Part shown: piece by piece, positions 36,866 through 46,453 of the stretch
How the letters are laid out: each line of letters begins with the position of its first letter
How positions within the stretch are numbered: the stretch's first letter is position 1
NCBI RefSeq assembly: GCF_001194135.2
Contig: NC_068993.1
Span: 53,731,398-53,777,850 of the forward strand
Direction: 5' to 3'
DNA: 46,453 nucleotides
From: Octopus bimaculoides
Lineage: Eukaryota
Made by a program: the position numbers and the translations under genes
Notes under the pieces: generated by a model
Told to the model about the DNA's origin: nothing
Database searches by the model: none
What the model saw: only the letters and a program-made list of their open reading frames with translations

Positions 36866-37010
36866 ATGGAGTGGCTGTGTGGTAAGACGCTTGCATTTCA
36901 ACCACATTGTTCCGGATTCAGTCCCACTGGGTAGCACCTTGGGAAAGTATCTTCTACTATAGCCTCTGGCCGTCCAAAGCCTTGTCAGAGGAAGCCCGTC
37001 GTATATATAT
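36866..37010 (+). mobile_element. SINE family B 5' half in opposite orientation
   Basis: GGAGTGGCTGTGTGGTAAG..GCACCTTGGGAAAGTATCTTCTACTATAGCC..GAAGCCCGTCGTATATAT. Confidence 0.85.
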
Positions 37011-37020
37011 ATAATCGCTA

Positions 37021-37200
37021 GCCACTACACATTCTTTTTTTTCTCTCCTTGTTTCTTTCTTTGTTCCTTTCTGTGGAAGAGCGTAGGCTCGAAACGTTAA
37101 AGACTTTTTCACTTCCCGAGCGTTATACTAATATATCTGTTTGTTGTCTACACCAGCTGTCTTCGTCTTTTGTTTTTTTTTTGTGTGAATTCTCCCTATA
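37021..37200 (+). mobile_element. short Penelope-pLTR-like element with hammerhead-like core (copy 2)
   Basis: CTTT-CTGTGGA-A-GAGC-GTAG-GCTC-GAAA-CG-TT-AAAG at 37067-37102; homologous to 32466-32595. Confidence 0.6.
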
Positions 37201-37224
37201 TATATATATATATANNNNNNNNNN

Positions 37225-37285
<61 letters not shown>

Positions 37286-37287
37286 GC

Positions 37288-37378
37288 ATGACCGCCTTCT
37301 TTCAGTTTCCATCTACCAAATTCGCTAAAAAGCTTTGGGCGGCCTGAAGCTATAGCAGAAAGCACGTTGCGCAAGATA
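37288..37378 (-). mobile_element. SINE family B core fragment
   Basis: CTTCTTTCAGTTTCCATCTACCAAATTC..AAGCTTTGG..GCTATAGCAGAA. Confidence 0.75.
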
Positions 37379-37648
37379 CTGTACACCAGGGTCTAGAGTT
37401 CCACCATATCTCAAATAGAACAGACTCCTTTACAGAGATTTCTATCAGTCATAAAGTGGCTGTGAAAGTGTATGTCTCCTTTCGGTTATCCGAGGATAAG
37501 AATATGAAACAATATCCGAGAATAAGTATATGAAACTTTTAGCAACAGTATACAATAAACTGGATCTATGATTCCCACACATTAAATATGTACTCTATTT
37601 AGGCTTTGAGTTCATTTTTATTTCGTTTGTAATTTTACCAGCGTGTGT

Positions 37649-37890
37649 GGAGGCGCGTGGCTTAGTAATTAGGGGCGTTAGGCTCATGATCGTAAGACTG
37701 TGGTTTCGATTCCTAGACCAGGCGATGCGCTGTGCTCTTAGAGCAAAAGCGCTTCGTTTCATGTTGCTCCAATTCACTCAGCTGGCAAAAATAAGTGATC
37801 CTGCGACAGACCGGCGTCCCGTCCGGAGAGTGGGTGGAACATGCACGTCACAGGATCCAGGAAACCGGTGCCTTCAGTCTATGGCTCGGA
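37649..37890 (+). mobile_element. tRNA-derived SINE, family D
   Basis: GGAGGCGCGTGGCTTAGT, GGTTTCGATTCC, core TTTCATGTTGCTCCAATTCACTCAGCTGGCAAAAAT, then CTGCGACAGACCGGCGTCCCGTCC. Confidence 0.8.
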
Positions 37891-38813
37891 AAGAATCTTT
37901 GATGCTTTTTTTATTATTATTACTGTGTATGCCCTCTTATATACGATCATAAGACTATTTGTATATGCGTGTGTTTCTGCTCGCGTGTGTATATACCGAA
38001 ACAGATACATAGATTCATACTCACACACATACATTCTAATAAAGGACTAAGAACGCAATGAGACTGCAAATTAAGAATGAATCAATAAGCTCGTTTTGAA
38101 AGAAGTTTTTCCTTCTCATGTTTATATCGACGCAGTAAGCCACAAACATATTAAGTGTATCATTCTCCAGGGATTCTTTGAGACATGAAATTCAACTTTA
38201 TGGATGCAATTACCGAAAGTCAACACAATAAATATTGATTTGTTAATCGTAAAAGAACAGATAATGGTAAAAATCAAAATATATTAATTTAAGGAAAAAT
38301 AATAAGAAAAACATACAAACAAAATAAAGAATTGATATCATAGCCTGCCGGAAGTCGTGGCAAAGAACAGCTGAAAGTGATCTAATATCTCGATCTGGAA
38401 TCATATAGAAGGGTTAATCACTCGTGTTCTTCCATTCACAGAGTAACCTACAGATCATCATTACACAGATAGCAAGAAACCGGAAGCAAACATTTGAGAT
38501 TAAGAGCAGTGTAATATTGTTTTTATACTGTTGTTATTTTCTTTTATTGTACTTTTATTAAACATTATTGAGCAAACTTTGACTTACAATTTCGATTTCT
38601 AAAATGAAGAGATGACGTGGGTGGCGGAGAATAGTCGGAGTTAATGGCTGAAAATAGTGAGGTCGACAAAAGTGAAGGGAAGGAGTAGTGAAACTAATAA
38701 TTATAGCCATACGGTCCAAGTTTAGTTACCCCAGAGTCTCAGAGTAAACAAAAGAACGGATTACAATAAACTAATTAGCTAACAAGTCGATAACAACAAC
38801 AACAACATTAGTA

Positions 38814-39009
38814 ATAATAATCCTTTTTACTATAGGTACAAGGCTTGAAATTTGTGGGGAGGGGACTAGTCGATTGTATCGACCCCAGTGTTTAAGGATG
38901 TAAGGCGAAGTCGATCTCGGTGGAATTTGAACTCAGAACGTAGGGACGGGTGAAATACCGCTAAGCATTTCGCCCGTCGTGCTAACGATTCTGCCAGCTC
39001 ACCGCCTTT
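38814..39009 (-). mobile_element. SINE family A with internal deletion, TAA repeats on both sides
   Basis: GGAATTTGAACTCAGAACG, GCTAACGATTCTGCCAGCTCACCGCC; lacks the CTGGTACTTATTT..CGAAA segment present at 45785-45982. Confidence 0.9.
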
Positions 39010-39011
39010 AT

Positions 39012-39102
<91 letters not shown>
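39010..39102 (+). repeat. (TAA)n microsatellite
   Basis: Direct read of the sequence. Confidence 0.95.
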
Positions 39103-39105
<3 letters not shown>

Positions 39106-39835
39106 CAGTAACATCAACAGCAGCAACAAGTAGAAAAGAATAAGAACATCAACCAAAGCCCGAACAACAGCTTCCATCGCAAAAATAGAAGATACACAAA
39201 TAAAAGACAAAACAGCGACGACTGCGACGACGACGACGACGGCAACAACAACAACAACAACACTAGCAGCAGCTGTAGCAACAATAGCATCCACAGGAGC
39301 GACAATTAACTCTTCGCAATTTCACTGTTGCTGGAATTGATCCAAAAACACTCAGACACAACAGCACACAGTGCAAAAATAAATAGATTCCTCTTGAAGA
39401 CAAAACCAGAACTTTTGATGCGGACGATAGCAGGAGTGTACTTAGAATTCCTTAAAAGGTTCCCAATAGACGTTGGGAATTTTTGAAAGAATCTCAGAGT
39501 AAAGATATTTGTGGGCATATCGGACATTTCCAGATAAAACAGTCCTAAAGCTCCGGATTATCAACAGATAAAACAAGGTAGGTGGCTTTTCCCACCTATA
39601 TGCAGGTTAATATCTAATTAAATGTAAGAAAATTCTAACTGAGCCTCACCTGTAAGGTCATGAGCAGGAAATCTTGAAATGAGATCACCATGTCACGGAC
39701 ATATGGTTGTGATGCATGTGCCTAGTGTACTCTTATCAAACGAGTAGTCATGATGGGTACACTGGGCTTCGTATATTTTACCCCAGTGTCACTTTGAGGG
39801 CATGTAGTGCTCTCTCACTCAGTAATAATAATAAC

Positions 39836-39882
<47 letters not shown>

Positions 39883-39906
39883 TAAAAATAATAATAATAA
39901 TAATAA

Positions 39907-40575
39907 TGCGAAACGGGCTGATTACTACCTAGCTCAGATACCAGGAAACTCCAAAATGGCTGAAGTTCAAAAGATAGTGCTCATGGGAACTGCCCATATC
40001 CTACGTAAAATACTGTCTATGTGATCTCAAATTTTAAAGCAAACACATAATTTTCTTATGGTTTCTTAAACATTCACTTGAACAAAACTGTACAAATCCA
40101 AATATATGGTACCNNNNNNNNNNNNNNNNNNNNNNNNNNNNNNNNNNNNNNNNNNNNNNNNNNNNNNNNNNNNNNNNNNNNNNNNNNNNNNNNNNNNNNN
40201 NNNNNNNNNNNNNNNNNNNNNNNNNNNNNNNNNNNNNNNNNNNNNNNNNNNNNNNNNNNNNNNNNNNNNNNNNNNNNNNNNNNNNNNNNNNNNNNNNNNN
40301 NNNNNNNNNNNNNNNNNNNNNNNNNNNNNNNNNNNNNNNNNNNNNNNNNNNNNNNNNNNNNNNNNNNNNNNNNNNNNNNNNNNNNNNNNNNNNNNNNNNN
40401 NNNNNNNNNNNNNNNNNNNNNNNNNNNNNNNNNNNNNNNNNNNNNNNNNNNNNNNNNNNNNNNNNNNNNNNNNNNNNNNNNNNNNNNNNNNNNNNNNNNN
40501 NNNNNNNNNNNNNNNNNNNNNNNNNNNNNNNNNNNNNNNNNNNNNNNNNNNNNNNNNNNNNNNNNNNNNNNNNNN
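39907..40575 (+). mobile_element. 5'-truncated R4/Dong-like LINE 3' end embedded in (TAA)n (includes gap)
   Basis: YLAQIPGNSKMAEVQKIVLMGTAHILRKILSM* (stop 40022-40024); (TAA)n at 39822-39906 and after the gap at about 40576-40687. Confidence 0.75.
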
Positions 40576-40615
<40 letters not shown>

Positions 40616-40622
40616 CAACAAC

Positions 40623-40684
<62 letters not shown>

Positions 40685-40688
<4 letters not shown>

Positions 40689-40730
40689 CCTTTCTACTAA
40701 AGGCACTAGGCCTGCAATTTTGGGGTGGTG
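40685..40730 (-). mobile_element. SINE family A tail fragment
   Basis: TAATCCTTTCTACTAAAGGCACTAGGCCTGCAATTTTGGGG, matching the tail at 38814. Confidence 0.7.
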
Positions 40731-42072
40731 AAGATGATGAAGAAGATGATGATGATGATGATGATGATGATGGTGATAATAACAATAGAAATAGCGACCA
40801 CAAAAATTAGTGTTGCAGTAATGGTCAACTTGTCTTTAGACGAGAAATTGTGAGCATTTAAAGGCAACAAAAAACACAACAATCTTTCGAGAAAATCGAT
40901 ACAAAACGAATTCAGTAAGTACAACGAATATCTATTTTATTACTTTCAAATAATTATTACAGACTAAATATATTGTTTAAATAATGAACAACACATATCA
41001 AGAAAGAAACACGAATGTATTTAGAACGAACGAAAATAAATACGAAACGAACTTAAAGTAGACCAACTTAATTTTACAAAAATTATCAGCTCTGCTAATG
41101 CATAAATTAATCAGCAACGAAAACGCTGCCGACCGAGATAAGACGCCGAATTTCGTAGGGAGATTGTTATGTGAGGTCGATCCGGAAATAATAAAACACT
41201 TGGTCCAGAAGCAATTTCCTCTGAAAAGGTTAAACTCTGAGCAAAATGTTATTATTTAACACAAAATTACATTGTATAAATGAAGCATAGCGCGTGAGGA
41301 GATAAGAAATAAGTGGGCGTTTGTAGTGAACAAAACCGAACTCCTGCTGGTAATGTTCAAAATACAAACAAAATTATGAAAGAGAATATTGGACAAATGA
41401 ACACATACGGCCATTTTAAAAAGGAGATACGCTATTTGCGGAGAAGAAAAGAAGAAAAGCGAAGAGAAATGAGAAAATATGTAGCGAGGGCAAAATGGGT
41501 AAGTGGGGAAAAATGAGTAATTTCAGATAGTATTTTTTTACGCTTGAAACTATTGCAAACATTGCATAATCCTTTTGTATTGTTGCATCAAAATTTGGTC
41601 AGCATAAATTAAAATTGGTCAGTGGAGATCATTTCCTGAAATAGTGTTCTCAACATGTTATACTACTTTTAATGCATTTAGAAATAGCCATTTGCATGGT
41701 TGATACAATTTTTCTAAGGCAGTGAGCGTGTATAAAGAAATTTTTTTTTTCTTGTCAAAGTCATAAATGCAGTAAATCTTACTCATTATGCCCCACCCCT
41801 ACGCGAATACACTTGCAAATGTACGGGTAATTTATTATATAAAATAATAAAAGCGCCCAATACTTGAAATAGAAGAAATATTATGGAAAACACGAAACAT
41901 AAAGCAAAACAATCAACCACTCATAAAAAGATGATTTATCACAAAACAATGAAAGCATCCGGGTGGAATCCACCGCACACGCAGAAAAAACTAAAAGGCA
42001 ACAACAGAAACGATTATATAAAATAAGTGAACCCCCGGAAATACGATAGAAATGTTACGGAACCCACCATCT

Positions 42073-42320
42073 GTGTATGTGTCTTTCTATTTGTGTTCCC
42101 TCCCTCCCCCACCACAGTGCTTGGCAACTGGTGTCGGTTCGTTTACATCCCCATAATTAGCATTTCTGTAAAAAAAAATCATCTGATAGAGTAAGTACAA
42201 AACTTGAAAAAGCAAACTAAATAAATGAATAAATTAATGAGGTAGATTTGTTCGATTAAAACCCTTCAAAGTGGTTCCACATCATGGCCGCAATCCAATG
42301 AGTGAATTTAGTTAAAAGGT
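42073..42320 (+). mobile_element. SINE family B 3' half
   Basis: GTTTACATCCCCATAA..GATAGAGTAAGTAC..CATGGCCGCAATCCAATGA. Confidence 0.65.
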
Positions 42321-42470
42321 GAACGGACGAAACACTAGAACAATGCAGAAACGACAAAGGAAACGCAGCAGAAAATGAAAAGGTAAAGGCGATTCCACAT
42401 TCTCAAAAGACAATGCAAGGTACACTTCAGAATCACCGACGTGCATCCGGAATCTTGCATCACGATGGCA

Positions 42471-42550
42471 ATAATAAATTAAGTACCAGTTGCGTACTGG
42501 GACTGACCTAATCCACTGCCCCCTCCACCAAAATTTTGGGCCTTGAAATA
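42471..42550 (+). mobile_element. SINE family A 3' fragment
   Basis: ATAAATTAAGTACCAGTTGCGTACTGGG..AAATTTTGGGCCTTG. Confidence 0.75.
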
Positions 42551-42577
42551 AACTCGACTGCTCCCACAAACAAGAAT

Positions 42578-42773
42578 ACTAAAAATGAACCCGACCGCTC
42601 TCAAAAATTAGGTCGAAAAAAAAAAAAAACAGGAAAAATAATCCAGTATCCTTGTCCCAAATTCTAATCACTTCGTGCCAGTCATGAGGCCAAACATCCC
42701 TGAAAGTTTCATCGGAATCCATCCAGCGGTTCTTGAGATATCTTGTCCACGGACAAACAAACAAACACGACTG
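42578..42773 (+). mobile_element. DINE-1/HINE-like non-autonomous Helitron-family element, running into a gap
   Basis: Starts ACTAAAAATGAACCCG; contains AAGTTTCATCGGAATCCATCCAGCGGTTCTTGAGATATC..ACGGACAAACAAACAAAC, the core plus tetranucleotide pattern recalled for DINE-1-type elements. Confidence 0.45.
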
Positions 42774-44116
42774 NNNNNNNNNNNNNNNNNNNNNNNNNNN
42801 NNNNNNNNNNNNNNNNNNNNNNNNNNNNNNNNNNNNNNNNNNNNNNNNNNNNNNNNNNNNNNNNNNNNNNNNNNNNNNNNNNNNNNNNNNNNNNNNNNNN
42901 NNNNNNNNNNNNNNNNNNNNNNNNNNNNNNNNNNNNNNNNNNNNNNNNNNNNNNNNNNNNNNNNNNNNNNNNNNNNNNNNNNNNNNNNNNNNNNNNNNNN
43001 NNNNNNNNNNNNNNNNNNNNNNNNNNNNNNNNNNNNNNNNNNNNNNNNNNNNNNNNNNNNNNNNNNNNNNNNNNNNNNNNNNNNNNNNNNNNNNNNNNNN
43101 NNNNNNNNNNNNNNNNNNNNNNNNNNNNNNNNNNNNNNNNNNNNNNNNNNNNNNNNNNNNNNNNNNNNNNNNNNNNNNNNNNNNNNNNNNNNNNNNNNNN
43201 NNNNNNNNNNNNNNNNNNNNNNNNNNNNNNNNNNNNNNNNNNNNNNNNNNNNNNNNNNNNNNNNNNNNNNNNNNNNNNNNNNNNNNNNNNNNNNNNNNNN
43301 NNNNNNNNNNNNNNNNNNNNNNNNNNNNNNNNNNNNNNNNNNNNNNNNNNNNNNNNNNNNNNNNNNNNNNNNNNNNNNNNNNNNNNNNNNNNNNNNNNNN
43401 NNNNNNNNNNNNNNNNNNNNNNNNNNNNNNNNNNNNNNNNNNNNNNNNNNNNNNNNNNNNNNNNNNNNNNNNNNNNNNNNNNNNNNNNNNNNNNNNNNNN
43501 NNNNNNNNNNNNNNNNNNNNNNNNNNNNNNNNNNNNNNNNNNNNNNNNNNNNNNNNNNNNNNNNNNNNNNNNNNNNNNNNNNNNNNNNNNNNNNNNNNNN
43601 NNNNNNNNNNNNTATATATGCACAGATGTAAATATGTCTATACGTCTCTATGCACATATATATGTATATACATACACACATATATACACATACGTGTGTG
43701 GTGTGGTGTGGTGTGGTGTGGTGTGGTGTGGTGTGGTGTGGACGTATCCCTACTATAGTACATCATAACTAATTCTCAGATGTTCTTCCATTTTGCCGTA
43801 ATTTATGTTTGCTGTCAACAGAGGCACGCGTTCCTTTAACATTTTTATGCTCTTCCACAGACAGAAATATGCGTGTATGTATGTATGTATGTATGTATGT
43901 ATGTATGTATGTATATAGACAAACTTATTCATTACACACACTCACATACAGCAACAAATACGCACCCATAAGCACACATATATTGATGGATGCACACACA
44001 AATACATACAAACACAGATGCTCATACTTTTATTTTAGTCGGAAAAAGAATAATTGCCAATATCCGTTTCAGTACAACACGGTTTTACATTAGGAATCTT
44101 ATATATGTATTATGTA

Positions 44117-44216
<100 letters not shown>

Positions 44217-44227
44217 TAGATATAGAT

Positions 44228-44265
<38 letters not shown>

Positions 44266-44654
44266 GCGCGCGCTCGTGTACGCGAGTGCGTGTGTGCATT
44301 ATATATATATATATATGATTTCATATACATAATTTACAAAAGAGATACAAATAGTTTCATGCTTTAGAAATACAATAAATTGGCAGATTTATATAACATG
44401 CCCTGTATCTCCAAGCAATCTTTCAGGCACAGTGCATATCGTAAGATGTATTTAAAAATCAGGACGCTAGTCCATGTGAAAACACGAGGAGGAGCGATAT
44501 GAAATTAACGTAAAATAAAAGATGGAGAAGAAAGAAAAGAAAAGCAAGAAATCAAAGATCTTCGCCCTCTTTGTCTGTAGAAATCAAAATTAATGTAGCT
44601 GGTGTAGAATAATATAACAGAACGGAGGTCAAAGTCTGTGAGATAGCAACTCAA

Positions 44655-44885
44655 TCCGAAACGGATGGTGCCCTCCAGTTTGACAAGAGAATGTTGTCCA
44701 TGTGCGGGCATTTGCTAAAAGTTTCGGATCTGAAATTAAGTGTGGTGGAATTCTTGAACCTAAAAAGAATGTACGATTTTCCAGCTACGAATAATATGCA
44801 TCGCTTTGACCCATTTATATATGCGGTAGATTTCTCCCCGATTTTCCACCTGTTTGTATGAGGTGTGCATTTGTTTTCGGATCCC
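44655..44885 (-). mobile_element. Penelope-like element remnant, C-terminus of GIY-YIG endonuclease
   Basis: RWKIGEKSTAYINGSKRCILFVAGKSYILFRFKNSTTLNFRSETFSKCPHMDNILLSN resembles the PLE pattern W.I..K..Y.NGSKRC.LC..EK..I....LN.RSE..SKC.H. Confidence 0.7.
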
Positions 44886-45784
44886 ATACATGGTTAGCCA
44901 ACCTAGAGGCTCCGGAGTGAGCAGTTTTCTCACAGACTTTGTCCCCCTTTCTGCTATATTGCTCCATACTATCTATCTGCCTGTAAATCTGTATATATAT
45001 ATANNNNNNNNNNNNNNNNNNNNNNNNNNNNNNNNNNNNNNNNNNNNNNNNNNNNNNNNNNNNNNNNNNNNNNNNNNNNNNNNATATATGCGTGTGCGTG
45101 TGTGTGAGAGTGTTTGTGCGTGCATGTGTGTACACATGCAGATATACTTGCATACATTCAGTTTATATATATGTATGTATGTACGTATACACATGCGTAC
45201 AAACATACATATATACGTACATACACACATACATAATACATACATAATTCATACATGCATACATACATGCATACACTCACACACATACACACACATATCT
45301 TTGTATAAGAATGTTTGTTATCTATTTCGGAGAAACAGGAGTCTATTGGCTATGTTCTAAAAATTATCATTTCTTTGCGATATTAATGAAGTGAGTCATG
45401 TTTCTTATTTAAGCACATTATCTCATTATCTCATAGTTTATGGGCAAAGCTGTGTTTATGCTTTGTATCTCGACATTTTCGATTTTCTCCATCGCATATA
45501 TACATACATGCACACGCACGTGCACATGACTAATGAATGATTGTAATCACGACCGAAAGGCCATAAGAAGAAGTAACAAGACGTTACATAGATATCCACT
45601 AATGACTGGTATTTAGTTTATTGATGAGAGGAAAGACAAAGCTACTTCAACAAGAAGTGAAACTCAGAAAACCTAAAGAGATGCAATGAGGGGCATCCTA
45701 CTAATTCTACCAAATCATCGTCATTCAAATCATTCAAATAGTTAACATCTTCAACAATAACAACAATAACAGCAGCAGCAGCAG

Positions 45785-45982
45785 TAATAATAATTCTTTG
45801 AAATTTGTGGGCTGGGGGTTAAACGATTAAATCGACCCCAGTGCGTAACTGGTACTTATTTCATCGACACCCGAAAGGATTCCAGGCAAAGTTGATCTCG
45901 TTGAGATTTGAACTCAGAACGTAATGAGCCGAAACAAATATCGCAAGAGATGCTCCACCAACTCTGCCAGTTCGCCGTCTTT
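45785..45982 (-). mobile_element. SINE family A, near full length
   Basis: CGACCCCAGTGCGTAACTGGTACTTATTTCATCGAC..GGCAAAGTTGA..TTTGAACTCAGAACG..CTGCCAGTTCGCCG. Confidence 0.85.
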
Positions 45983-46049
45983 AAAAAAAAAAAACAACAA
46001 CAACATAGAACACACACACACACAGAGTTATTAATGAGAAAGAAAATAG

Positions 46050-46290
46050 TATGATGAAATTTATTTAACCATTGGAAAATTCATATATTACAACAATTTG
46101 TTTCGTAACTTTAAGCATGCAAAGGTAATTTATTTTATTGTATTTAATAATAAGTAAATTGCTTACAAAGACTATTCGTATTAATGCAGACATGTGAGTA
46201 ATTTAATTATTATTAAATATAATAAAATACATTATGAAACGATTTGTTGTGATATATGAATTTTCCAATGGTTAAATAAATTTTATCATA
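46050..46290. mobile_element. AT-rich MITE-like element with ~59-bp inverted repeats
   Basis: TATGATGAAATTTATTTAACCATTGGAAAATTCATATATTACAAC (from 46050) is complementary to GTTGTGATATATGAATTTTCCAATGGTTAAATAAATTTTATCATA (to 46290). Confidence 0.8.
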
Positions 46291-46453
46291 GTTTATTTCA
46301 CCCGCCAGTTATAACTTTATACACTCTTTATGGTTCTCTCTTACATCATGCTATATATTCTATATGTTTTGTAGAATGATACATTAAGGATGCATTTTTT
46401 ATGAGTACCACCGGTTTAGTTGAATCCATATATTGCGACTTAAATCTTTATAT

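Noticed and set aside
39300-39822. Coding-looking stretch with an AAG|GTAGGT donor, followed by a segment ending in (TAA)n
   Set aside because: Stops in every frame and only one copy in the window; it may be a repeat 3' end but I cannot support a family call.

Overview
Eukaryotic, AT-rich, microsatellite-dense draft-assembly sequence with 13 N-gaps (about 4 kb in total, most next to simple repeats). It is most likely intronic or intergenic DNA from a cephalopod (Octopus-like); this is inferred from recalled similarity of the SINE families, not from a database search. No intact protein-coding gene, rRNA, convincing tRNA gene or CRISPR array is visible. Nearly all ORFs in the supplied track are artefacts of microsatellites or gaps. 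The window is a mosaic of mobile-element debris: (i) about 30 copies or fragments of at least four tRNA-derived SINE families; (ii) two R4/Dong-clade non-LTR retrotransposon remnants, both abutting (TAA)n tracts; (iii) two Penelope-like GIY-YIG endonuclease remnants; (iv) several short non-autonomous elements carrying minimal hammerhead-ribozyme-like cores, one with a Pol III tRNA-like head and an inverted tail; (v) MITEs, one with an 8-bp TSD and an internal degenerate (TTAGGG)n tract. The most interesting signal is the recurring hammerhead-like motif in small elements next to Penelope remnants, which suggests a Penelope-dependent, retrozyme-like or SINE-like system. This is a hypothesis: most cores here carry substitutions and may be inactive.
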